Virus record (IMG/VR): IMGVR_UViG_3300025108_004499
Source: a virus
Length of the DNA stretch: 64,000 nucleotides
Reading direction: 5' to 3' (one strand)
The notes under the pieces are model-generated. The model saw nothing but the letters and a program-made list of their open reading frames with translations, was not told where the DNA came from and made no database searches. Made by a program: the position numbers and the translations under genes. The number at the start of each line of letters is the position of its first letter. Position 1 is the stretch's first letter. Shown one piece after another: positions 45,574 to 56,025 of the stretch.

Positions 45574-46138
45574 CCTCAATAATGATATTAAGTATATCTT
45601 CCCAAGTATCTGCTCTTAATACACCTTCATGTTCAAAATCTTTGTTGTATTCATGTGTAATTAGAATAGGTTTGTGTCCTGCATTAAGTCCTGCAATAGC
45701 ATTTTCAGGCTTATCTTCAATCCACCAATGTCCTGGTTTCCATTGTTTTAAGTGTTCGTCCTTATCAGCACCTGTAGCAATACAAGTACAGTCTACAATT
45801 ACTTCATCTCCAAACACTTGTTCTAAATTATATCTACGAATATCACCAGCACATTTATCTTCGCTTTGACTAGTAAGACATTCAAAAGTATAACCTCGTC
45901 TACCCAATCGTTGAACAGCATCAACAGCACCAGGCATGGGATCTAAATATCCCATCCAAGCACTTTCGTTAAATTGACATACTAACTTATCTGCTAGGTC
46001 TTGTTCTAGTCCGTAGCGTGTTGATTGTTTGTATACGTTTGGAGTTTTTACAGTGTAGCCTTTAGAAGCCATCCACTTACTAAAGGATGCCTCCCATACT
46101 AGAAGTACACCGTCTACGTCAGTTAATATTGGTAACAA
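45563..46138 (-). CDS. HAD-family 5'-nucleotidase-like protein
   Basis: LTDVDGVL, LTS, K, WIEDK..N motifs. Confidence 0.8.
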   Translation of the reverse strand: MLPILTDVDGVLLVWEASFSKWMASKGYTVKTPNVYKQSTRYGLEQDLADKLVCQFNESAWMGYLDPMPGAVDAVQRLGRRGYTFECLTSQSEDKCAGDIRRYNLEQVFGDEVIVDCTCIATGADKDEHLKQWKPGHWWIEDKPENAIAGLNAGHKPILITHEYNKDFEHEGVLRADTWEDILNIIIEVDN

Positions 46139-46139
46139 A

Positions 46140-46559
46140 CTAGATGTCGCCTTCTTGTCTATTTTCTGAATAGTAAGGATCGAATGATCCTCCCGGATAA
46201 CGCTTTTCTAATTTTTTAACATTCTCAGCAATAACATCATTTGGGTCAATACCTAATGCAGTACAACTATTCATCCAGTACCACATAATATCACCAAGCT
46301 CACGCATTGCATGATATTGTGTATCTTTATCCATAGGCTTACCTTGGAATACACACTTCTTAATAATTTCCATAAACTCACCACCTTCTGCACTAATGCC
46401 AATAGCACCAGTCATTAGCAATGACATGTTTACGCCCATCTTACTTTCAGTTGTTTCAATATCAACTATACGATTATACATCTGCATACTTGATAGTGAT
46501 TCACCACTAGTAACTTCTCGCACGAAATCTTTATACTTGTTTAAGTCTACGTTCTTCAA
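46140..46559 (-). CDS. MazG-like NTP pyrophosphohydrolase
   Basis: EGGEF.E..KK, ELGDIMWY, N..KL..RYP. Confidence 0.9.
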   Translation of the reverse strand: MKNVDLNKYKDFVREVTSGESLSSMQMYNRIVDIETTESKMGVNMSLLMTGAIGISAEGGEFMEIIKKCVFQGKPMDKDTQYHAMRELGDIMWYWMNSCTALGIDPNDVIAENVKKLEKRYPGGSFDPYYSENRQEGDI

Positions 46560-46573
46560 TTTATTTACTTTCT

Positions 46574-47032
46574 CTATTGATTCATTTGCCCATGGGCATT
46601 TGTAAAGTCTTCTGGTCTTGCTTGATCGCCAGTTAGATCTTGTTCTAGTCCGATACGTAAATCATTTGATGGTGCTTCTTCGCTCCATCCAATAATACTT
46701 TCAGATTCAACCATTCTAATAGTAACAGGCTCTCCTGCTAAATGAAGTTCAAGTCCTCTTGTCCAACGTCCATGTTCAACTAAGATCCAATCTCCTTCTT
46801 GGTATGGATCTTTGTTTTCTGGGCCTTTAGCATATACTTGTCCCCAACGTGGGTAAATGCCTCTAGTCTCGCCGTCGTCACTTCGAATAATAATTCCACC
46901 TTTAGTAGTTTGTTCACCAAAGTGCATATTATGTACTAGTACTCTATTCCTAATTGGGCGAATACTTTCTGCCTCAATTTTAGATTGAATACCTTTTCGG
47001 CCTTGGGCCATTGCTTGATAATCAATTGACAT
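46574..47032 (-). CDS. GroES-like co-chaperonin
   Basis: IRPIRNRVLV, TKGGIII, G.V.AKGP, GD.ILV. Confidence 0.8.
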   Translation of the reverse strand: MSIDYQAMAQGRKGIQSKIEAESIRPIRNRVLVHNMHFGEQTTKGGIIIRSDDGETRGIYPRWGQVYAKGPENKDPYQEGDWILVEHGRWTRGLELHLAGEPVTIRMVESESIIGWSEEAPSNDLRIGLEQDLTGDQARPEDFTNAHGQMNQ

Positions 47033-47427
47033 TAATCACCTCTTTTTACAAAGTTACCGTCTGCATCTTCTACCCATTCATCAGCTTCTTCTTTTGCTTC
47101 AGCTTTTGTTTGACCAGCTTTTGCTTTAGTAGAACGTGCCTTAGGTGCTTCAACTTCTGTTGCTTCAACTGCTGGCTCTTCTACTACCGGTGCTTTTTCA
47201 GATGCTTCAAACTGTGTAGGCTCAACATTATCTTCATAGAAATCACGTAAAACGTCTTCACGCTTTTTAATAATCTTTCCGCCTGGACCTAGTTCGTCGC
47301 CTCTAGCATTAACACGAACATTACCAACTGCTGGTGTTAGTTCGTTTCTTTGTCTAAGCAAATCCATATCAACAGGTTTACCCTGCATTGATCTGTATTG
47401 TTTTCGACCTGTTTGTTTTACTGCCAT
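47032..47427 (-). CDS. hypothetical protein
   Basis: G.PVDM..L, AVGN..VNARGDELG.GG; AGGAG SD. Confidence 0.75.
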   Translation of the reverse strand: MAVKQTGRKQYRSMQGKPVDMDLLRQRNELTPAVGNVRVNARGDELGPGGKIIKKREDVLRDFYEDNVEPTQFEASEKAPVVEEPAVEATEVEAPKARSTKAKAGQTKAEAKEEADEWVEDADGNFVKRGD

Positions 47428-47452
47428 CTTCTTCTCCTGGTTATATACTTAC

Positions 47453-47974
47453 TTATCTCAAGAACTCTCTCCAATCCAGGTCAAACTGGATTGAATTAAT
47501 TTTGTGTATACCTATTAAGTATAACACATATGATGCTACAGAGCTACCTCTACCTACTCCCCAAACAATATTGTTCTCACGCATGAAGTCTACAAGGTAG
47601 ATCATATACTGTAACAGTGGCATCATTCCTCTGCCTTCAAACTGTGCAAGTTCTTCTGCACATCTTGCTGTTTCGTCTTGTGTAGTACATTTTGTTAGAA
47701 TATAGTTATGTACGTTTATCTTTTTATATTCATCAGGCATAAACCATTCACCTTGACATACACCGTCAAAAGTCTTTTGATCTACATCTAAAGGAATATA
47801 TTTTTGTAGTTTATCAAAGCCTTGTTCTTCCATTGCTTTGTTAAACATATCTACATCATCAGATTCATCACACAGAACTACATGACATTTATCAGCGTGT
47901 CCGCTATAAATCATGTCGACAAGGTCTTTATTGTTAAATCTCGGAATGCCGAGTGAGTCTGTTTTCATAAGCAT
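47453..47974 (-). CDS. DNA polymerase III alpha (DnaE)-like fragment
   Basis: R..EEL, WGVGRGSSVASYVLYLIGI..I, ends at REFLR before the catalytic PDID motif. Confidence 0.8.
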   Translation of the reverse strand: MLMKTDSLGIPRFNNKDLVDMIYSGHADKCHVVLCDESDDVDMFNKAMEEQGFDKLQKYIPLDVDQKTFDGVCQGEWFMPDEYKKINVHNYILTKCTTQDETARCAEELAQFEGRGMMPLLQYMIYLVDFMRENNIVWGVGRGSSVASYVLYLIGIHKINSIQFDLDWREFLR

Positions 47975-47980
47975 ACATGT

Positions 47981-48009
47981 ATTTTAACTGATATTAATCA
48001 GTTTGTCAA
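47981..48009 (-). promoter_or_regulatory. sigma70 promoter, probably giving a leaderless mRNA
   Basis: TTGACA-17 nt-TAAAAT with the ATG 7 nt downstream. Confidence 0.7.
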
Positions 48010-48223
48010 GATCTAAATCGCCATTTTGTTGATTTTCTGCATCTTGAGTTCGGATTTTGGCTTCTTTTATAAGAGCTTCTTGCTTGTAGTATTCAATAAA
48101 CGTTGTAATTTGTTCTTGAACTTGAGGATTATTAGTTGCAAAATACTTTGAAGTTAGTTCTGCAACTTTATCGTATAATTGAGATACTGTCATATCTGAT
48201 GTATCTTCTGCAAACGGATGCAT
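47984..48223 (-). CDS. hypothetical protein
   Basis: 79 aa helical ORF. Confidence 0.7.
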   Translation of the reverse strand: MHPFAEDTSDMTVSQLYDKVAELTSKYFATNNPQVQEQITTFIEYYKQEALIKEAKIRTQDAENQQNGDLDLDKLINIS

Positions 48224-48224
48224 C

Positions 48225-48830
48225 TTACTGATATATACCTAAGTATTCAGCCCATACAGTTGCACCACTGTCGTAACTTACAAATTCAAATGCAAAGTAC
48301 TTAGATTCTTCACCAGCACCTGGAGCACCAATTACTGCTGTAAGATCACCAGTTGGCCAGTTAGCATTTTTCTTAATAGTTCCACCACCTGCATTACTTG
48401 CAAATGTAACAGTTCTATTAGTAGCACTACCTGCCGCTTGATCACTTTTAATATGCAAACGTATTTTACCTGTTCTTGCTAGTTCACTTGACCAGTTAGA
48501 CAGTGTAAGTGTAATGTCTGCACCTACTGTAAACTCTTGATATGCGCCGTTGTCGAGGTTAATGTTTTGACTAGTATTAATAGTTGCACCAGCAATATAT
48601 CCTGTTTCGGTAGTATTTTGAAAGTTTGCATTATTAATAGTATTTCCTAAGAAATTATTCTCTGCATTCTTAACTGCACCGTTAGTTTGTATTGCTTCAA
48701 TCTCTGTCTTAGCCGCTACAAAGTTTGCTTTAATTGTTGTGAAATTATCACGAAATCCTTGCGAGTCGTTATCTTGTCCCGCTATAGGAAAATCACTGTT
48801 AATTCCTGTATCACTAATATTACTTGCCAT
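48225..48830 (-). CDS. virion structural protein
   Basis: FPIAGQDNDSQGFRDNF N-terminus, beta-rich C-domain; ATAAATA at 48858-48852. Confidence 0.65.
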   Translation of the reverse strand: MASNISDTGINSDFPIAGQDNDSQGFRDNFTTIKANFVAAKTEIEAIQTNGAVKNAENNFLGNTINNANFQNTTETGYIAGATINTSQNINLDNGAYQEFTVGADITLTLSNWSSELARTGKIRLHIKSDQAAGSATNRTVTFASNAGGGTIKKNANWPTGDLTAVIGAPGAGEESKYFAFEFVSYDSGATVWAEYLGIYQ

Positions 48831-48863
48831 AGTTTATCCTCTCGTTGCTATTATTTATCAGCA

Positions 48864-51821
48864 TTATACATTGAATTGGTAATTTGCGAACGGAACATAT
48901 TGTTCGTTACTATTACCATCTGTACTGTCGATATTGTATCTTTCGATCTCAATATCTAGTTGTTTAAAGTTAAAATTACTATTGTTAATGTTAAGTATTA
49001 TACTATCAGCTTCACCTGGTTTACAGTAACATAGTGGTATTGCTAGTTTAAAGCCTAGTTCTGCTTGTCCTGCTGTTTGTGAAGTACGCATCCATAAAGG
49101 GTAAAACTCTCTAAGATTTTTACCAATAGCTCTTATTCTATCTCTCATATTAGTAATGTTACTAATATACTTTCTTTGATCATTACTATCACTAATCTTA
49201 ATTGCATCACTATCAATTTTAATTGTATTTGTTATTGGACGCAATCTTAATGGATCTGAACTAATACTATCATCAATACTTTGACTACTAATAGTTGTAC
49301 CATCTTGTAGTTCAACTGTAATACTACCGCCTGAAGCAAATGATATAGGTCCTACTCTAGTAAAGAATGAAATTGTTCCTGTATTTGCAGGACTAAGTCC
49401 GTCACCGCCACGTAGGCCTAAGTCAAAAAATCCTTGTCCTGTACCTACACCAGTATTATCATCTGTAACAGCATATTGAATTTGATCTGTTGTAATTTTA
49501 TTTTGTGTTGCAATAGTAAAGTTAGTATTTGTTTTTCCTTTACCTTCATCAGGTTCGGAAGGATCAATTACATCTACATATATTACTTCGTATACAGAAT
49601 CATTGTCTCCTGGATTTTTTGCTATTGCTTTTTTAACAGCACCTAATTTATATTGTTTACGCTTATGATTTTTAGCAACCGCCGCAACAAATTCTCCAAT
49701 AGACTTTGTTTCAATACCTGCATAAGCCAACATTTTTATTTGTGGTTGTAGACCAAACGAATCATCATTTGGTCTGTATATACTTGCTGGTGTAAAGATA
49801 GTAGGATCAGATATAAAGTTTCTAAATGTATTTCTTTGTGTTTGTTTCAACAACGGCACCATTGATATACTACTATAAAGAGTATCGTCTGGATCAGTTG
49901 TTGTAATAGTAAACGTTCTTGTTGTTGCACTAAATTGGAATTGGTCTTGTGCTTTAACTGTAAATGTATAACTTCTATCAATAGTTGTTGTAGCACCGTC
50001 AAATGTTGTTTGTGTTGTTGCTTTGTCTATTGTAGTCAATCCTGGATTACCCGGCTCACCAAATTGATTAATTTTACCTTGTAACTGTCCGTCAATAGCA
50101 AGAGTAAGTCCTGGCGGAAGTTTACCTGAATCTAATGTGTATAATACAACAGCATTAGGTACACTACTTGTAGCACTAACATTTAGTGTACTAACAAAGT
50201 TAGCTCTTAAGTTTCCTAGTGATGTTAGCGTGTTCCATGTAATAGCACTTTCAATTTCACCTAATAGTTTAACTGTAAATTGTTTGTCTTTAGATACTGT
50301 TGGATTAAATAATGATGTTGTTCTTTTATCAAAACTATAAAACGACATAGTAACAACTTTGTTTGCAACAGTTGCTCCAAATGCATCATAAGTTTTATAA
50401 CCTATGTTTGCAATAGTTCCTAAGAACGATCCTCTTAAATAGTCTACACTTCCTACTTCAATTTTTGTTACTGACTTATCAGCTGATGTAGATGTTACTC
50501 TACCATTTTCTATTGTCCAAACAGATTTATCTATAATATCGATTGCTTTATAACTTTTGTTATCACCTGAGTCTGCTTCTGTTACAGGAACTTCGTTAAA
50601 TACTATCCAACCTGTTGCTCCTAATCCGTTAAACAAACTATCAGCAAAATCAGTAAATGCTACATTATCGTCGCCACTCCAAGTTTCACCAACACCAATG
50701 TTGTTTGCAAATGGTTCTGTAGATGTAGTTTCTTTAGATCCAATTTGTCTTAGTGCTTCAATAGTAAATTTGTATTCTGTAGTAACTGCTGGTTGATAAG
50801 GAATACGTCCAGCAATCTCACCAGTTGTACTATCAATAGACATACCTGGCGGTAATGCACTTACACTACCATCTTCGTTAGAATCTTTAACTGTAAAACT
50901 AATAATACCAGTGTTGCTAGTAGGATCGTATACATCAAGGAATAATGTTACATAATTATTTGCTCTACGGTATCCTAAGTCACTTGGGGTTAACCAAACA
51001 GGAGCTCTTAAGTACGTATTGTCTGCTGTAAACAATCCAGTACCGAGTTGCATAATAGTATTATCTGTTCTTAGGAAGTCGTCACCTACAAGATAAATTT
51101 GAAATTTACGTTTTGCAATTACAACACCGTCGCTTGCACTTACTGTAAATTCGTAGTATCTATTTAATTTTTTAGGACTTTGTGTAGGAATATTATAATC
51201 ATAGAATGTTGTATCGTAGTAATAACTTTCAAAACCGTTTGCACTCTTTACACCAAAATCAAACGGAGAATTACCATATACATTACTATCAAAGAAGCCA
51301 CTGCTTGCTCTTTTTTCTAATGCTAGTATTGGTTCAACAACACCAGTAAGTTTACCAGTTGTTATACCTAGTTCAATGCCTGGAGGTAGTTCGCCATCAT
51401 TATCAGCAATAAAATATTCAATATTATCGCCTGCTGGTAAATCAGGATCTATAACTTGTAGTTGAAAGTCTACAGGACTACTATCTAGTATATAAAACTT
51501 ATTATTAGGACCAATAGGTAAAGAACCTTCTTCTGTGACCCAAACTGGAGCATCAGCTCCGTCGATAGTTAGTCTTAATGTTATATCTTCTTTGTCATTT
51601 CCTTTTACTGCACGAATAACAAATCTAAATAACTTTAGTCTTTTAACTTCGAACGGAGTACCTAATAAGTTGTCTCCTTCAATTCTTAACCCACCTGGCA
51701 ACTTTCCGCTAATAAGTGAAAGTGTACAACCAGCTACAACAGGTAATGCAATAGTCTGCGTAATACTTTCTTGGTATGTACCTAAGTTGTGTCCTGGTTT
51801 AACAGTCCATAATTGCGCCAT
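48864..51821 (-). CDS. baseplate wedge-like protein with Ig-like repeats
   Basis: four G.LP.G.....G repeats; start at ATG 51821. Confidence 0.7.
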   Translation of the reverse strand: MAQLWTVKPGHNLGTYQESITQTIALPVVAGCTLSLISGKLPGGLRIEGDNLLGTPFEVKRLKLFRFVIRAVKGNDKEDITLRLTIDGADAPVWVTEEGSLPIGPNNKFYILDSSPVDFQLQVIDPDLPAGDNIEYFIADNDGELPPGIELGITTGKLTGVVEPILALEKRASSGFFDSNVYGNSPFDFGVKSANGFESYYYDTTFYDYNIPTQSPKKLNRYYEFTVSASDGVVIAKRKFQIYLVGDDFLRTDNTIMQLGTGLFTADNTYLRAPVWLTPSDLGYRRANNYVTLFLDVYDPTSNTGIISFTVKDSNEDGSVSALPPGMSIDSTTGEIAGRIPYQPAVTTEYKFTIEALRQIGSKETTSTEPFANNIGVGETWSGDDNVAFTDFADSLFNGLGATGWIVFNEVPVTEADSGDNKSYKAIDIIDKSVWTIENGRVTSTSADKSVTKIEVGSVDYLRGSFLGTIANIGYKTYDAFGATVANKVVTMSFYSFDKRTTSLFNPTVSKDKQFTVKLLGEIESAITWNTLTSLGNLRANFVSTLNVSATSSVPNAVVLYTLDSGKLPPGLTLAIDGQLQGKINQFGEPGNPGLTTIDKATTQTTFDGATTTIDRSYTFTVKAQDQFQFSATTRTFTITTTDPDDTLYSSISMVPLLKQTQRNTFRNFISDPTIFTPASIYRPNDDSFGLQPQIKMLAYAGIETKSIGEFVAAVAKNHKRKQYKLGAVKKAIAKNPGDNDSVYEVIYVDVIDPSEPDEGKGKTNTNFTIATQNKITTDQIQYAVTDDNTGVGTGQGFFDLGLRGGDGLSPANTGTISFFTRVGPISFASGGSITVELQDGTTISSQSIDDSISSDPLRLRPITNTIKIDSDAIKISDSNDQRKYISNITNMRDRIRAIGKNLREFYPLWMRTSQTAGQAELGFKLAIPLCYCKPGEADSIILNINNSNFNFKQLDIEIERYNIDSTDGNSNEQYVPFANYQFNV

Positions 51822-51831
51822 GCAAAACTCC

Positions 51832-52521
51832 CTATAGCGTTCCCATATCTGCTTCAACTGCTGTTGACCCTGTGAACGTTTCAGTTCCGTTATCATAGTC
51901 AACTGTTAAATTATGTGCTAGATATTCTAATGTACTAGTAAACACTGTGGGAACTGCTTCGCCCATATCTAGTGTTAGATATTGTTGTAGTCCGTCAAAC
52001 GTTCTAATATCTAATCCATGTACATTACCAGTCATGTTACCTACGTTAGTAATGTCATTAGTTTGTGCGTTTAGTGTTGCTGTAAGTTTAGGATCTGTAT
52101 CAGTCTGTACAGAAGTTACACTACTAATTGTAAGTGTATTTCCACTTAAATTTGTTGTAGTAGTTCCACCGCCTGCAAGTGTTAAAGAATTACCGTTAGA
52201 ATCTAATGTAATATTATTGTTATCTGCAAATACTTGTACGCTAGGAAGTCCTGTTGCTGTGCTATTAATTGTAATAGCGTTAGCATCAGCCGCTAGTGAT
52301 ATTGCTGTACCTGCTACAATCTTTTTAAACTGTAGGTCAGTTCCACTTATTTGACCAAACACACCTTCACCTGCACTACCTAAGTTAGATACAGTAGTTG
52401 ATTCTGTACTTCTAGCATTTAGTTCTGCAAAGTTATTGTTTACTTTTACAAATGCTTCACGTAGATCATCACCTGTGCCGTCGTTTGCAATATTACCTAT
52501 ATTTACTATTTGAATTGCCAT
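51832..52521 (-). CDS. baseplate/tail-fibre-associated protein
   Basis: NIG..ANDGTGDDLREAF.KVN.NF.EL N-terminal motif. Confidence 0.7.
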   Translation of the reverse strand: MAIQIVNIGNIANDGTGDDLREAFVKVNNNFAELNARSTESTTVSNLGSAGEGVFGQISGTDLQFKKIVAGTAISLAADANAITINSTATGLPSVQVFADNNNITLDSNGNSLTLAGGGTTTTNLSGNTLTISSVTSVQTDTDPKLTATLNAQTNDITNVGNMTGNVHGLDIRTFDGLQQYLTLDMGEAVPTVFTSTLEYLAHNLTVDYDNGTETFTGSTAVEADMGTL

Positions 52522-54093
52522 CTATATTCCCCTGTTACTGTATTTACCTGATATAGATGATGAGTAAGGTATACGCTTATTGTATCTAGATACCATTACT
52601 CTGCGTGGGCCACCCATAGCATCATCTGTGTCACCATATCCTGTAAGTGTTCCTGCTTCTAAAGTTTCACTTGAATCTTTGTGCATCATATCTTTTAGTT
52701 GTGCTGGTGTAAGCATAGGATTTGCTTGTAGGTATAATGCTCCTACACCACATGCTTGCGGACTAGCCATACTAGTACCACTAATGTTACACTGTCTAAA
52801 GCCACCACCATCATAATATGCGGCATCTCCAAATTTATTTGTAGTACTTGTACAACTAACAATATTATGTCCTGCGGCGTATATATCAACACCTGGTCCT
52901 GTTGTACTAAATCCTACTTTATTATCTTGTGTGTTTGACTGAGCATTTAGGCATCCAACCATAAACGCATTTACGCTATACGGAGAACTGCCTCGGTGAT
53001 AGTAATTACTACCGCCTCCACCGAAAAGTATATTATTATAATCATCTCCGCCATCTACATCTACTTTAAAACTATTATTACCTGCGGCAATACATACATG
53101 TACACCTTCATCAATTAATTCTTCTACATCTGCATCAACTGATGCTATTCGTACTGGAGCTCTATATCCACTAAAAGTATTGTATGGATAAAGTCCGTAA
53201 GTATCTCTTAGATGTGTTCTTGAAGAAAAACTAGGATCATTACTACTACTATATGTTGTACCTCGATATACAATACTTGTAGCAGTTCCGTATCCCGAAC
53301 TGTAGCCCCAACTCATGTTTACTATAGTTGGACGTTTACGTCCTGTAGTTGGATCAATTGGTTTATTTCTGTGCCATAATTTTATAACATCAAAACAATT
53401 ACTAATACTAATACCACTACCACTATCGCCTGTGCCTTCTAGTCCGCTAACTTTAACACTATACACTCTTGCATTTTTAGCCCAACCAAAATGTTTACCT
53501 GCGGCTGTACCTGCAACGTGTGTTCCATGTCCGTCATAGTCTCTATAATGATTAGAACTTTGCGATCCGCTTAATCCACTTTCAGTATACCAATTAATCT
53601 GTTGTACTCTTGATACTCCGTTAGCATCTTGGAATTCTGGATGATCAACTTGTAGGCCGCTGTCTTGTATAACAACATCTACACCTGTACCATCTAACGC
53701 ATAATTATATGAGCTATCTAAGTTTGTTGACCAAGTTGTATCTTCAGTAACTACACTGTGGCGTCTTTTACCCCAGTCGATATTTTTACTGCTAAGTTCT
53801 GAAGTTCCTTTATAAAAGTTACCTTGATATGTTGTTGTTAAACCAATTTCTAAGTTTTCATCTTGATCCGGTGGAATAGCAACATCAACAACTCTATCGT
53901 CTTTTCTAAGTTCTGTTGCTTCTTCATATGTAAGAGCATAATGTGTATTGCGTTGAGATCCAGGTCTTGCATCCGCGACTGTTGCTGATCTACTTGGAAT
54001 ATTACCAGCGCCAGTTTCTTCAATCATTTCTTGATTAAATGATTCGTAGTCTACACCTTTTTTTAGTGTAACGATATATTCTCGTTCGCTCAT
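52522..54093 (-). CDS. subtilisin-like serine protease (S8) with N-terminal prodomain
   Basis: DVVIQDSG, HGTHVAGT, AAGN, GTSMASP. Confidence 0.93.
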   Translation of the reverse strand: MSEREYIVTLKKGVDYESFNQEMIEETGAGNIPSRSATVADARPGSQRNTHYALTYEEATELRKDDRVVDVAIPPDQDENLEIGLTTTYQGNFYKGTSELSSKNIDWGKRRHSVVTEDTTWSTNLDSSYNYALDGTGVDVVIQDSGLQVDHPEFQDANGVSRVQQINWYTESGLSGSQSSNHYRDYDGHGTHVAGTAAGKHFGWAKNARVYSVKVSGLEGTGDSGSGISISNCFDVIKLWHRNKPIDPTTGRKRPTIVNMSWGYSSGYGTATSIVYRGTTYSSSNDPSFSSRTHLRDTYGLYPYNTFSGYRAPVRIASVDADVEELIDEGVHVCIAAGNNSFKVDVDGGDDYNNILFGGGGSNYYHRGSSPYSVNAFMVGCLNAQSNTQDNKVGFSTTGPGVDIYAAGHNIVSCTSTTNKFGDAAYYDGGGFRQCNISGTSMASPQACGVGALYLQANPMLTPAQLKDMMHKDSSETLEAGTLTGYGDTDDAMGGPRRVMVSRYNKRIPYSSSISGKYSNRGI

Positions 54094-54101
54094 TTAAACT
54101 C

Positions 54102-56015
54102 CTAGTGTAAATCGACCCAAGCACCATTAGCATAGCCTTGGAATTTATTTGTAGTAGTATTGTAGATCATGTCACCATTAGTTGCTGTTAAATTATTACG
54201 ATCATTAGTTGTAAAACTTGCTAAGTTAATAGGACTTTGTGTAACTGTAACTCTATCCGAAGCTGATAAATTAATACTAGACGCACTTTCAATAGTTGGC
54301 ACACCTGTACCTGTACTAACAATACTATCTGCTGTAATACTACCTTGTACTACTAAGTCGTTCTGTACTGTAAGATCACTGCTTGTTGTTACTGCTGGAG
54401 TAATTGTAATACCACTTGAATCGTCTGTGTCAATAATACCAGAACTAAATGTAAAGTTACCAACTGACTCACCGCCAGCGGCGTTAGTCCAAATGCCACC
54501 TACATATTTTATAACTTGGCTTTCTTGTGGACTGTTGATACTTACATCTGATAGTGTAGTAATACTAGTTGTTGATAGGTTTGCTAGATATCCTGCACCG
54601 TTTGTAAGTTGATTATTATTTGTTGGAATAGTAGGCTTGTTAGTAATTGTACTACCTGTGTAATCAATACTAACACTTGTTAATGAACTAAACGGAATGT
54701 TTGTTAAGTTAGCACCGCTTCCATGAAAGTTAGTTGCATATACATTAGAATAAACATTGTTACTTGCACCTAAGTTATATGTTGCAGTAGTGTAAGGTGT
54801 TACATTACCAAAACTAACACTGTCACTTACTTCTGACCCGCCTGCTAGTATTTGGCTAAGTGTTATTCCTGTTAGGCTTGCACCACTACCAATAAACGAA
54901 GTAGCATTTACATCGCCTGCTACTGTAAGTTTGTGTGATGGATTACTATCAAATATACCAACACGCTTTGTACCTGTGTCAATTTTTATTGCTGTTTCAA
55001 CACCTGTTATTGGTTTTACTTTAATATCTAAATCTTGTTCATCTACTGTGCTTTCAATAATTACAGCATTGTCTACACGTAACTTAATATTATTATTCGT
55101 ACCAACTGTAATTCCTGCATCACTATTAAATGTTACACTACCGTTTTGTGTATAACTTTGGTTTGCACTAATAGAATCAGTAATTCCGTAACCTGATAGT
55201 GTAGTTGGTAATCCAACTATTGAAGTAAAGTTACCGTCAAACAAAGTAGGTCTATTGGTTAAGTTATTATAATCTAAAAAGTAAGGACTATCAAATCCAT
55301 CAAGTGTATCAGCGTTTAGTCCGCCACCACCTGATGTTGCATCATTTGCAGGAGCCCATTTAAGTCCGTCCCACTTTAATACTTGTCCTGGAGTTGGTGG
55401 TGTACCTTGTGTATCAACATCTGATAAATCACTAATGTCGTTGACTAAGTCTGGTTTGTTAGCTAAGTTATTGTAACTGCCAGTTGTTGCTACTGCGGCT
55501 AAACTAGGTGTACCAACAATTTCACTATAGTTAATAAAACTGTTTACCCATGCTCCATTATTATCTTGGCCTGCTGTTGTGTTCCATTTTAATACGTTAC
55601 TTGATGCTAGTCCTGTTAGGTCAGTAACAAGTCCACTACCTCCGGCGCCACCGCCGCCACCACCTGTTGCGGCAATAGTAATAGTTCCGTTTAAGTCATC
55701 GTATGTAATATCAATTCCGCTACCTTCTCTAAGGATAGCATTTACTCTGTCATCAACTCTTTCGTTTGTAAAGTATTGATTAGTACCTTCTGTTAATTCT
55801 GTTGTAGTTGCGGCTACAGTAGGTTTATCTGCTAAGTCATTCCAACTGCCACTAAATGGATTATAGTTAACTCCAGCAAGTGTAAGTCCTGTTGCAGAAA
55901 TCATTCCTGCTCCAGTAATACCTGATCCTGTTAAGTCTAAATTATCACCTATTGGCAATTCTTTAAGTTTGTTGCTATCGTCTCTGTCAACTATGAGTGG
56001 TATTCTATTTGCCAT
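54102..56015 (-). CDS. tail fibre-like structural protein
   Basis: G/T/S-rich; Y.DL.NKP and LSDV...P..GQVLKW repeats; GDMIYN...KFQGY C-terminus. Confidence 0.7.
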   Translation of the reverse strand: MANRIPLIVDRDDSNKLKELPIGDNLDLTGSGITGAGMISATGLTLAGVNYNPFSGSWNDLADKPTVAATTTELTEGTNQYFTNERVDDRVNAILREGSGIDITYDDLNGTITIAATGGGGGGAGGSGLVTDLTGLASSNVLKWNTTAGQDNNGAWVNSFINYSEIVGTPSLAAVATTGSYNNLANKPDLVNDISDLSDVDTQGTPPTPGQVLKWDGLKWAPANDATSGGGGLNADTLDGFDSPYFLDYNNLTNRPTLFDGNFTSIVGLPTTLSGYGITDSISANQSYTQNGSVTFNSDAGITVGTNNNIKLRVDNAVIIESTVDEQDLDIKVKPITGVETAIKIDTGTKRVGIFDSNPSHKLTVAGDVNATSFIGSGASLTGITLSQILAGGSEVSDSVSFGNVTPYTTATYNLGASNNVYSNVYATNFHGSGANLTNIPFSSLTSVSIDYTGSTITNKPTIPTNNNQLTNGAGYLANLSTTSITTLSDVSINSPQESQVIKYVGGIWTNAAGGESVGNFTFSSGIIDTDDSSGITITPAVTTSSDLTVQNDLVVQGSITADSIVSTGTGVPTIESASSINLSASDRVTVTQSPINLASFTTNDRNNLTATNGDMIYNTTTNKFQGYANGAWVDLH

Positions 56016-56025
56016 ATTCTTTTCC

